A DNA stretch of 64,000 nt from Glycera tridactyla. Its lineage: Eukaryota. Where the stretch lies: NCBI GenBank assembly GCA_965644265.1, contig OZ286468.1, positions 20,522,001 to 20,586,000 on the forward strand, in the 5' to 3' direction. The notes beneath the pieces were generated by a model that saw nothing but the letters and a program-made list of their open reading frames with translations, had not been told where the DNA came from and did not search any database. Positions 33,842 to 46,700 of this stretch are shown here, piece after piece. The translations under genes and the position numbers were made by a program. The first letter of the stretch is position 1; every line of letters starts with the position of its first letter.

Positions 33842-34686
33842 ATTCATTTTTCATCCAGATATTATTACTGGTTGTTGGTCGTTTTAATTCATTTCAGAGC
33901 CCATTCAATTCAATTCAAAGGTTTCCTGGTTTTGCGGGGATGTATTACTGTATACCTAATGTTTTTCCTTCAAAATCGGACATTCAATTATAATAGACTA
34001 TTTAATATCTGATACTCTGTATCCCCTACCTTCTAGGCGATGATTTTATTGGATATATCGAACCCATCCAACTCAATCTGATCATATTCCATTAGTAGTC
34101 CGTCCATCGGCCAGACCACACATTCCAGCTATTAGTACTAGGGGGGGGGGGGGGGGGGGGGGGCTAGTACTAATTCATTTTTCATCCAGATATTATTACT
34201 GGTTGTTGGTCGTTTTAATTCATTTCAGAGCCCATTCAATTCAATTCAAAGGTTTCCTGGTTTTGCGGGGATGTATTACTGTATACCTAATGTTTTTCCC
34301 TCAAAATCGGACATTCAATTATAATAGACTATTTAATATCTGATACTCTGTATCCCCTACCTTCTAGGCGATGATTTTATTGGATATATCGAACCCATCC
34401 AACTCAATCTGATCATATTCCATTAGTAGTCCGTCCATCGGCCAGACCACACATTCCAGCTATTAGTACTAGGGGGGGGGGGGGGGGGGGCTAGTACTAA
34501 TAGCTGGAATGTGTTGTCTGGCCGATGGACGGACTACTAATGGAATATGATCAGATTGAAATCATCGCCTAGAAGGTAGGGGATACAGAGTACCAGATAT
34601 TAAATAGTCTATTATAATTGAATGTCCGATTTTGAAGGAAAAATATTAGGTGTACAGTAATACATCCCCGCAAAACCAGGAAACCT
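33842..34686. repeat. Direct plus inverted triplication around poly-G spacers
   Basis: About 300-nt unit at 33842-34139 and 34172-34470, with an inverted partial copy at 34491-34686. Confidence 0.9.
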
Positions 34687-36220
34687 TCGAATTGGAGGGG
34701 AGAGTCAAAGTATAGATTCCCCCCAAACTCATATCTTGTATGAATGTAGGTGATAGCCACGTTGATGGAGTAGCTCAAGCACAGCTGACTTGTCACCATG
34801 ACAACGAGTCACACAATTTCCAGGAATGACTAATGAAATAAATCTCTCGATATTGTCGAAATTGAAGAGCTATCAGAAAATCCAACCTATCCATGCATAT
34901 GTTCTGTCGGGTATGGCCATTACAAGGGCATGAAATGTTTGGTTGTCAAAGGTCAAGGTCATATGCTGATGGGTAGGTGAAAACGAATCGTTTGATTTCG
35001 GCAATAATTGCAGTTCTCTCTCTGATCACCATCAATCATAACCAAATATTGTGATGTAATTTGAGGAAAAGTCCTGACCCCATAGATTATAGGAAGCCAT
35101 GCTAGACTTACTGGATGTACTGAAATACCAGGTGCTGTGCAGATTCCGACAAATACGAAGTTCACATTCCCGCCTCATCGGTACCGACCAACTGACTGGC
35201 GAGTGGACTATAGCTCAAAACCCACAAACATATTTTCTCCCTGAGATTTTTCATACTCGATTCTCTAAATATACCAGCAATTCTGAGGCATATTTTCATG
35301 AAATCGATATCAAGATTTCTCGGATAAGTTCCGTGTCACAATGACTATGGTATTTGTAATGTATTTTGGGAACACTGTATACTAGTTTCAGGAGCCACCT
35401 AATCCATTTTCATGCACCTATCTTGTTTATTCAAAGAAATATAGCAAGTGGTCTTTTGGTGTTTTGTACAGTTCTGTACTGTTTCTCTGTTGCTTTTTGT
35501 TCCAGTCAATGAAACGTGAGTGATATAATCTTAGTTGTCTCTATGCTTCCGTAAAATAAAGATTACAGCACACAAAGAAATGTATGAAATTGTTGGTATT
35601 TTTGCTGGGTAAAGCTAGTGACAGTTGGTATCTGTGTTTTCTATACCAATCCCGATCATGGCATGAAAGCAGGACCCAATCATTTATTGGGCGAGGATAA
35701 AGGGATGAAGATTCGACTACAAGACGGGGCTGCACCTCACCGACGTCAGTCGAAAAATTAAACACACAAATAAATATTCACAGAGGAGATAGCAGATAGG
35801 TGAAATCATCACATTTCTAGTCGCCAAGTATTTCAAGAATGCATATGAGCTAGTTTCGCCTCAATCGGATCTGAAATATAAAAGGCTGATCAAATGAATA
35901 TGACCAACTAAGATGGATTTCAGGAACTGATTCAGTGAGGCCCAGAAATCAGGCCGCGGTTTTGTGAGCAATGTTAGATATGTTGTATACTCCGCACTAC
36001 TCACAGAGGCATTTGTTATCATATGCAAAGCAAGATCAGCAGGGAATGGTTAGTCCATAATTACTATGCAATGTTGACAATGTCTACCACTGTCTGCCAT
36101 CGTCGCATGGATCAGCAGCATCATTTATCCTGATGCATGCAACACCATCCCTGTTGCATCATTCAAGGCAACAGAGAGACTTATTTGTTCACTTAGATCG
36201 ATGTGTGTATATTGTACGAG

Positions 36221-36269
36221 ATGGCTTGTCAGAAAGCATGGAATACACACAGCACAGTAGAAAGTACAG
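36221..36269 (+). CDS. gene C exon 1 (MACQKAWNTHSTVEST)
   Basis: gagATGG context, CAG|gtaaga donor, phase 1; homologous to 63483-63519. Confidence 0.62.
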
Positions 36270-37627
36270 GTAAGAAAAGCTACCTCAATTATCATTTCAG
36301 CGTCTTCATCATTATATCTATCATGATGGCACCGGCCATCATCCGCTGGATGTCGTCAGTGACATCCCATGAAGCTGTGATACATGATGATGATGATCAC
36401 AATGATGATGATTATGATGATGATGATCGAATGAATATTGTTCCATCATCGATTGATGATCAATCGATTGAATATCTAATCGATCAGATAATTGGTTTAT
36501 TCAAGATGAAATGATGTGATGCTATGGACTTTGATGTGATAGCGCAGCAGGTGACTTGAATGAGTATGAGAATGAATGGAACATATACGGTGAGGTTGAT
36601 CACAGGTGACCATTTAGACACGCCTCTGTGAACCTCACATCACGCTGATGAGCCTATAGGTGACATACCTCTGTATCTGACTGTCTGGAAGCCGATACCC
36701 GACCCCGATGCTTTTGTGTAATGCAAAGTGCAGTACTAGGGGGAGCAAAGGAAAGGTTTTTTTCGCCTATTGTCTATCGTCTTCAAACCAGAGACCCAGA
36801 ACTCATTTACTCTATACCCTGAATATAAGTTTGACATCTGGTTATGGTAATTGAGCTGGTTAGTCAAAGCAGGAGACATCCGCAAAGCAGGCAGCAATGA
36901 AATGAGATGATCAATGTAGCCAGCAGCTTGCTAGTATAGTTCAAGGTAGGTAGCGCCTGAATAAAATGATCAAGGTAGGTAGCGCCTGAATAAAATGATA
37001 AAGGTAGGTTGCGGTTGAGCAGAATATTCAGAGCAGGCAGGGAATGCACAGACAGTCGGGAGATTGCTCAAACATCAGCACCGGATGTCAGCCATGTTGA
37101 CATCAACCAGATCGACATTGAGACAAGAATGATGATTGCATTCATAGTATTCTGAACACCTCATGTTTGAAAGGGAGATGTATCATAGATTCACTTCACA
37201 GCAATACAGATTTATAAAGCCTTTATGTACCAGATACCAACTTTGCATGCATGAGTTTGATACATGATGATTATGTTGATGATGATGATGGTTAATTCAT
37301 TCCTTCATGAATGTTTATTTTTTGGGTAATGAGTGAGTGTGTGACTGCAACCCTGACTAAATCTGCGAGTAATCGTTTATCTTTTTGGTTATGACTGAGT
37401 GAGTGACTGTTTCTATCTGTCATATGCTGTAATCTATTCCATACGATATTTTAATCAACTCACCCATGCATATATTGTACATTTCTTGTTTTAAAACGTC
37501 TATGTGCACTCATGTGTGCCGGAAAAATCACTGTATGTGATAATTGCATATTTATACTAGTACATATTGTATTGTATATGTATTACGAGTTAAAATAAAG
37601 ATTATTCTAATCTATTCTATAATGATG

Positions 37628-37705
<78 letters not shown>

Positions 37706-40700
37706 GTTAATTTATTTCTTCATTCATTCATCTATATATTGTATTTCTTCATTCATTTATTGATTGATTTGTCCAATCATTTTGAATCAATTTATTTTCA
37801 TTCTTTTCTTATTAATTCCATCTATTAATTTCTCCTTTCCATCTGTTTCGTCTACCCATGCATGATTCACTCTCTTGTAGATGCTGGTGAAGATTCCGCC
37901 AAGCAGGAGGTTGGAATAAAATGGCGCCTAAATCAGTTGCTAGCTAACACCCACACACATGGTCTACCACATGCTCACCATGCCAAAAGTCCACAACGGA
38001 AAGCTTTCTGGGCTCTCCTCTTTCTCCTTGGTCTTGGTAAGTTATTGGAATATGTGCTATCAAGATGGCATATGATGCTTCTGCTGTTATCTTATTGTTC
38101 ATTGTTTTCCAAATTGACAACATTTCAGTGATTCTTAATTTGGAAGTTGTTTTGCTCAGAGTTTGCGAAGTTCGAACACAATATCCCTCGAATTTTTGCA
38201 AATATCATAGTAAATACTTGACAATAGTAAAATATGGAGAGTCAGAAACGTAGTGAATCGAAATGGTTACGTTACAGATATATTATTCTTCAGGGGGCAT
38301 GGCACACTGACTCTTAAAGGCTGAAATATGCAATATATGTGATAAGCATTTGATAAATGCTTAAGAGGGCAGGGATATGTAATGGTCATGTGGAGGGGAT
38401 ATTATCTGCGTGTTTGCCAAATGTGGAGGTTGTACATGACTAGAGAAACACATCTACGTGGCAATATCCAAACAATCGTGAGCGTTCATGTCAGCACACT
38501 GGCATATTGAAATGATTGGATCCTTCTTGAAACCATTTTGCCTGTCTCTGTATGTGTATGTCCCTCCTCTCGATGTCATGTATTGTTTAGCACGCTGCAA
38601 TATTTTTCGAGAGTGCTACTAGATGATATATACTTTTTTTGTATACTATGATGGCCATTCGGCTAAGAGTTCGATGCTTGGGTATACATATATGTTGACT
38701 TCTCATGCTCAACATACGTATATAGTATACATACATAGTTGCCTGTATTCTTGGAAACAATTATTCTCTGTATAATTATTTCGTGTGTTTATTCTATTGT
38801 TAACATATTGTATGTAATATGACTTTCCGGTCAAATGCATTTCTTGTAATGCAAGTCTTAACATTTGAACCCATCTTCAATATGTCAGTCAATGGAGATC
38901 TTCATGAGTCAATTTCTTGCATATGTTATCCACATCTGCATCTCTGAAGGAATTACAATTATGAGAATCTGTGTAATCGCCCAGACATTCAGAACCTAAT
39001 ATTCAGGTCTATCTTCTTCGTACAGGGATGTGTTTGAGTTTTGTGACAGCCAACTTTCAGTGGTACATGAGTCACCCAGTGAAGACAACGATCACAATCT
39101 CTGATGACCACTGGCTTCCATTCCCTGCAGTCACCTTCTGCAATCATAATCCTGCTCGATATTCTGCCATCATGATGCTGGCTGAGAGGATGGCATGGAG
39201 TGACTCATCGGTAGGTCTTCTGTTTCTTTCTGGGTTTTTTTTTCTGATTTTTGGTTCAGCTTGCAAACCTCAATTGTTATTCCCAGCTGTATATATATGA
39301 TCCAGAGATCATTCACTGGGATTCTCTATCCTGAGTATCACGTCAGTTCGCCCTTATCTGGGACAGGCTCCAAGCTTTACTCATGGCCCCAATCATATTT
39401 TGACTTCCAGGAGCCGGGTTCCAGTGGAGTGTCATTTTTTACTAGATTGTGAATCAAATCTCTCCACTCTTGAAGTTTAGTATATAGTGTATGCTCGGGA
39501 GATGTGTAGTTGTCGCTGGTTTGATGCAAATTTTTGTAGACTTGTGACTGGCACTGCATGATAACTAGCTCAGCTAAACTATCCATGCTGCTCAAGCGTT
39601 TTGCAGTGTTTAAAGCTCAACACAATGTGTCGTTTCCCACCAGATTGCAGCAAAACAATCATTAGTGTATAAGAGTGCGCCTTCTCATGGTGGAAGTTGT
39701 CATATGCCTGCAACATGAAACAATGCCAGCTCCTACTCACGGTAATAGTGTGATATTCCATCACTAGCCTCATCAGGTCTGTGTCTGAACTTTAGATGAA
39801 CCCTCATGGGGCAAAATATCTCATCCCCCCCCAAAAAAAAAAGACAGGACATACATGATTATCAGAGTTGATACATGTCAATAAACAGAATCAGTTGGTC
39901 AATCGATTATTCCATCAATTATTCAAGCAATCAATCATTCATGAGAGAGAAACATTATTGTAGTATCAGCTGTTGACCTTCCCTCTGAGATATCAACTAA
40001 CATTGTGTTGAATGTGTACAGGATGGCGAGTCGCCCGTCGGAGCCGATAGTAACTCAGCAAAGATTCCGACAAGTGACATCTACGAGACACTCCCAAAAT
40101 TATATACAACATTGAATATATCTGAGAGGATGGAAATTGGTCACACCCTGGAGGATACCTTGTATGCCTGTACATTCCATGGAATACCCTGCAACATTAG
40201 GTTCGTGTTCACTTTCTGTTTCTAACCGGTCGTTAAGGTGCCATAACATGATAAGATTTCATATGACATTCGATGCATGTCTTTCGATATATAGACAGAA
40301 TAAAACCAGTGTCCGGTCTTGAGTCGTTTATCAAACTCGTGATGGCGGCAGATAAATATCACTTGTGTGACGCACTTGTGATATTTCTCTGCCGCCGCTG
40401 CTCATTTGATGAACGACTTGAGACCGGGCGCTCGTTCTATTCTGTCTATATAATCCATGAACAAAACATCAATATGGATGCATTCAGGCACCAGCTGTGA
40501 AAAAGGATACCATTCCCAACTGAATTGGTCCATGATTATCAACCTGGCCGTACTCTCTTTCGCACAGCAGAGCACCTGGTGAGGGAAACGATTCCCGAAA
40601 CCGATACTCCACGCTGTAATATATATTTTTAAATCATAATAAAAGTTTTGAGGGTGCCTGAATTGCACTGCCATTGGATCCACCATAATTTGAATGAAAT

Positions 40701-43700
40701 GAACCCACCAGCGAGCAGCAGGGTGTCATTGCCTTGTGTGACGTCACTGATTACCTAGCAGTGCCGTTAACCATGGAGAAGCTACTTTTGGGTATAAAAG
40801 CGTGACGGCGCCGGGGGCTTAACCCCGAACCTGCATCATCATCCTGATACGTTCTATCAGCCGTGCGTTGTCCCCAGTCCGTGACTTGCCACGTGCGACA
40901 CCGCTCATTCACTGCCTCGACCCATAATGTGAGTTCAGTCCCCGTATGGACTATACAAGGTTGGGGCAAATCATTGTCAGATTGGCAGATTACTGATAAT
41001 CAGGTGAGCAACAACAAGAGACTGCCCATACAAGATATATATCTGGTGTGAAAGCAAGATTGAACTAGGCCTGTATGCCGAAAAAAGGGATGCCAGATGA
41101 GGTATTGACTGATCATTCGCTTGATTGTTCGAGTTTAAGGTCCTTTGAACCCAAGTCATTCAGGCAGTCGACCATCCACCCACACACTCAAATGGACACC
41201 CACCCAAACAATCACCCACTTCTCGGCAACCCACACACCCACCCACCCAAGGTTTTTGGCGATCATTTGACGGATTCCCGAGTTTATGCTTGGATATAAC
41301 ACAAATTGCTGCCGAGGAATTGGATCATGAAATCGTTCTAACCGTTAGTTCGATATTTGTCGTCTGTTTTTTTCATTTCCGTCTGCATGTGGGCGCCTCA
41401 TTTATCCAGTACACAACTGATACAAGAGCTGTCTTACTCTCCAAGCCTGATCCGAAAACATGTAAATTTCACCTATGAAGGAACAAATAGTGCAATCAAA
41501 TGCTCGAATGGCTTCCAGGATTAAAATGCTGAAACTTATACACATATAATGCAATGGAACATCAGTTTGAAATTAACAGAGAAAAGTACAGAGTATTCAT
41601 ATCATTAGCGGTGTCAAACCTGATGCGAGCCTAGATCGATCATGAGCTAGCAAGAAATTTCTGGAAGTAGGAGCCATTTTCATGGAATATAGAGTCATAA
41701 AGAGCTATCAAAGTAATCAATGCAATGCAAACAGGCTTCCACAACAACCATACAAGATTTCATGGAAATCCGAGCAGATTAACATTTTCAATCGGCTACC
41801 CAGAAAAAAAAAGTTAAAACTTGTTCCACTTTTTGTCATCTGAACTGCAGTCCCAAATGAGAGTGGTAAGAAGAAGGATGCCGGCAAGGCAGGCATCCTT
41901 AAAAAAGTTAAATAGATCAAGCCTTTTTCCGCTTGGGAGGTCCTACCCTGGGATCTCAACAGGCAAACCAACTTGTGCATATGAGGGGACTGATCTGTGA
42001 GAGCAATGATACTAATCGAGAAACTTCGTAGTTCGGTAATCAACACCAAAAAAGAGATGACCAGTGGCTTGGATTGCTTCACTTGGCCATTTGCCCAATA
42101 CCCATCCTGCATTTCTTTTGACAATGCAAACTACATACGGGTACCACAAGTATAATTTCACATTGTCTGATATTCATGAGAGCGCTCAGATGGTGAATAT
42201 TTCGTTGAGAACAGTTTCAACGATGATGACATTAATGGATAAGCAAACAAATCTCCGAACAGAGTTAGCTTTTCTCCATTGTCCTTTCAACAGTTGGCTC
42301 ACGTTGCGTGAGTCACTTGCTCTTTCGCCTAATGTTATCGTATTGTTCAAAGAGGTGACTACATTTTCGCAATGTGAGATAATGATGCATTCATTTTTTT
42401 TCAGTGACATAATCACAATCCCGGATAGAAAATATGGCAATTGCTTCATATTCAACAGTGGCGCCAAAGGCCTTCCCATACTTGGGACAAAGAAGTCCGG
42501 TCCAGACTATGGTGAGTATATGCCATGGATAGCAGTCAGCCTTTTGGCTGATGAGGGACCAAGGTTGGGACTACCGTCAACCCATTGTTAGCTTTCACCG
42601 TTGGCCCAATGTCCTTTTCCCATCAGCCCAATGCGGTCCAGATGCAATTACAGTCAGCTCAAGGTCAGGTCAACGTTAAAGATTGCAATTGTCATGTGGC
42701 CGACATGAGGCTGAGGTGGAGCAGACGTTTGGGCCGATGTGTCTCCGAGCCTGGGGTAGACATCCAGATGGAGTACCTGGTCTGACTGACCGATACACAT
42801 AGAAGTGGTTAATTATCACTCTGTCATGCCTAACTCGCAATGAGATTCATTTGAGCTACGTACAGTTACAATCGCTGATCCGTTACTTGAGCATGTACGT
42901 TATGTCTCTGTTGTGCTTGTATGACCATCCTTCGAGTGGACTCCAAACGGTATGTGGGTAAGAATTGCTAAGAGCTATACAGTATCCTGCCCCTGGGTTC
43001 CCTCACCTGAGTGCTTATAAAATGAGCACCTACTTCTACCTCCCCAAACCGGAAAAAAGCACTCGCCTAGGTAAATGCATGATCCATCTGAAATTGACCT
43101 GACCAATTATGCATGTGGATGAATGATTGTCTATGTGTTCACTTATTTCTTGCTATGGACACAATATGGATTGGAATGGAAGTATTGTGTACCAGTTAAT
43201 CGTGGCTCATTCGGCTACCAGTACTGTAATTATGTCAAAAACGCAATACATCATAAGGATCGCATGACTACCTGGTGCAGATTACAGTCAAATAGCAATC
43301 CTCTCAGACCACATATCTACATGGTGAAGATTGCGGTTGAATAAAAATCCTATCAGACTACATGGTGCAGATTGCAGTCAAATATAGATCGTCTCAGACT
43401 GCATAGCGACTTGGTGCAGATTGCAGTCAAATAACAGTCCTAATTGACCGCATGGCTACATGGTGCAGATTGCAGTCAAATATGAGTCCCCTCTGACTGC
43501 ATAGCTACCTGGTGCAGATTGCAGTCAGATTACGATCCCCCTCTGACTGCATAGCTACTTGGTGCAGATTGAAGTCAAATTACGATCCCCTCTGACTGCA
43601 TAGCTACCTGCTGCAGATTGCCCTCAAATATGGATCCTATCCGACTACATAGCTACCTGGTGCAGATTGCAGTCAAATTACAATCTCCTCTGACTGCGCA

Positions 43701-46700
43701 GCTACATGGTGCAGATTGCAGTCAAATATAGATCCTATCAGACCACATAGCTACCTGGTGCAGATTGCGGTCGGATTACAATCCCCTCAGACCACATAGC
43801 TATCTGGTGCAGATTGCGGTCGAATTACAATCCTCTCAAGCCGCATGGCTTCATGGTGCAGATTGCAGTCAAATTACAGTCTCCTTTGACTGCATAGCTA
43901 CCTGATGCAGATTGTAGTCAAATTACATTCCTTTTTGACCACATAGCTACCTGGTGCAGATTGCCGTCGAATATCAATCCTCTCAGACTGCATAGCTATC
44001 TCGTGCAGATTGCAGTCAAATTACAATCCCCTCTGACTGCATAGCTACCTGGTACAGATTTTAAGAAAATGACATTTCTTCAATAGCGATTATCTACTCT
44101 GAAAGCCAGTACCACCACATTGTTTCCAGCAATCTCATGCTGTATCATATTAATTCAGTGAATGATCACAGAAATGCTTGTCTTGTGTCGATGATATCTC
44201 ACTCTTCCCTTTTAATCTGTGCATTCATGATATTCTGTACTTCGTATTATCAGCGGATCCAGAAATTCGCATCGGTAAGAATTGCAAGTAAACATGATAT
44301 TAAATGCTGGGAGTCATTGATACTCGACAATATGTAGGTGGGTATGAAATTGAGCGGGGTTTACATATAAATGTACATACGTGTAAATGTGCATGAACGA
44401 TCTCCGCAGGTTTGTGTATGCAATTCTTCATTGACCAGAAAGAGCATAGCCCTGGGCTATCTAAGACAGCTGCGATACGAATTCTGGTCAACAACCAGAC
44501 CTACACACCTTTCCCACGGCGGGATGGCATCAGCGTGGCACCAGGCGAAGAAAGCTTCCTCTCCCTTGANNNNNNNNNNNNNNNNNNNNNNNNNNNNNNN
44601 NNNNNNNNNNNNNNNNNNNNNNNNNNNNNNNNNNNNNNNNNNNNNNNNNNNNNNNNNNNNNNNNNNNNNNNNNNNNNNNNNNNNNNNNNNNNNNNNNNNN
44701 NNNNNNNNNNNNNNNNNNNNNNNNNNNNNNNACAGCGAGAAAGAAATACGAACCTTCCGTTTTTTGTGCGTGCATCTAAGCAAGTCAAATTTACCATTTA
44801 TGTTGCTACCAGCCATGTGGTTATAGTATCTATTGTTGGAGATGTGTTGGTAATTTTGTCGTTCCACTTACTTGATGTCCAATATGAGACACTAACAAGC
44901 TGGGGCTCTATACGGACAGCGATGATCATCTGGAACCGCTGCCAACATTAAGATCCCTCGCAATATAAGACCTTGGGTTGTCTTATATCGAACATTTACC
45001 TGGTATGGGACATGGATATTTCCAGTGTGTAGCATTCACAATAGGTTGGTTGGACCCCACCAATCAACCTTCTAGGCCATTCTGATGATGACTACCTCTC
45101 CAATTGCATACCTTGGTCAGGCTCCAATACACCATGTCCCATGAAAGGCCAGCAGACAGTGTCTTATATCAGACATTGTTTCACATTTGCTGAGCATCCA
45201 GCTGTGGTGTACTGTCAATATGAGACTCTGAGGCCACTTTTGATACTTGTTAAGGTACAGCTTTGAAATGATTCTGTCTCATTATGGAGTCAATACAGAC
45301 TTGTTCGTTCTTCAACAGGTGGAGTATGAACGAGCTTCAGCATCCAACTGAGGTGTACTGTCAATATGAGACCCTGAGGCCCCTCTCGACACCTGTTGAG
45401 GTACAGCTCTGAAATTATTCTGTCTCATTATTGAGTAAATACAGACCTGTTCTTTCTCCAACAGGTGGAGTATGAACGAGCTTCAGCACCATATGGTGCT
45501 TGTGTGGATGGCACCACACTTGGGTCCAAGTTGGAAGACACGAACATGTGGCATCGAATGCACCCTCACCTGGGATACACCACTACGGTAGATATGTTGT
45601 TTAGTATTCATCATTGGATCCAGGTTTGACAACAAGTTTGGTACTCTGCTGCGTAATTGAGATGTTCTGTCTTAGTGATTATGACACCCTTATTCAAAAG
45701 CTGCATGATGGATGCTCGGACACATTCTAAGATTCACTGGGGAGTTTGAGTACACTCCCGGATACAAATGGCTTCGAAGAGAATATTTGTTGGAGTTGTT
45801 GCTCAGCTGGTTGTTTGGTTGTGCTATGTCTGGTGAGCACCATCTTGGCCATATTGAGACGCTCACGCTAGTTGCATTGGAGTGATCACAAAACTTCTTC
45901 TACTGGATCCCCAAAGAAAGGTGATCATTCCTGAAATTCAACCTCTCATTCTTGAAGTTTTAATTTGTAGGATGATGGATCTGATTCTCACATAACGCGC
46001 ACCAGCCGGCGTAAATATGACAGGTTGCATCATTGGTGGAGAGAGATGCGGACGAAATTGGAAAAGCCTGAAGCAGAACGACTACAAAGAGGTGAAGAAC
46101 GAGGATTAGGAGAAGTAAAATAGTAGGAGAAGAGGGGGGGGGGGGGTTATAAGGAGAAAGAGGGGGTAGCAGTAGCAATAATGGATCGATTAATGTATCA
46201 ATCATCCAGATGCTGGTTTCTCATTTCAGGCATGCAAGCGGACCTGCTACCAAACAGCAGTGAATATCCGATGTAAGTGTTATGACAGCGAATATCCTCC
46301 GAATCTTCCAAAATCATCCGAAGGAGTTGTAGGAGCATGCATCAATGAGGAACAAGGTAAGCATTTTGGTTTGAGATACTGTGATCACCAGGATCACCAT
46401 GGACTTCAAATTCACCAATTATGGAAATAGGATTTGGAACAGAATGAACTTCACATCCGTCAACCTTATAAAGTGGATATGGAACCCTACGAACAGTTAC
46501 AGAAATTGGATCTTCGACAGCTTGGATTTCTCTCACCATAGGAATAGGATCTCAAAAAACATCAAAATCTCACCATCATCCGGAAATGGAATCTGAATTA
46601 CCATTAACATCATACTCACCAATAATAAGAATAGGATCTCGAACACGATGACCAACACAGTCCCCATCAATGAGGGAAGGATCGATCCACAACACCATGA

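Noticed and set aside
39287-39334. Possible extra gene C exon (LYIYDPEIIHWDSLS) after a cccag acceptor
   Set aside because: It hits TGA at 39332-39334 with only a weak donor. No counterpart was found in gene A, and exons 3-4 join in frame without it. A selenocysteine or readthrough reading has no support.
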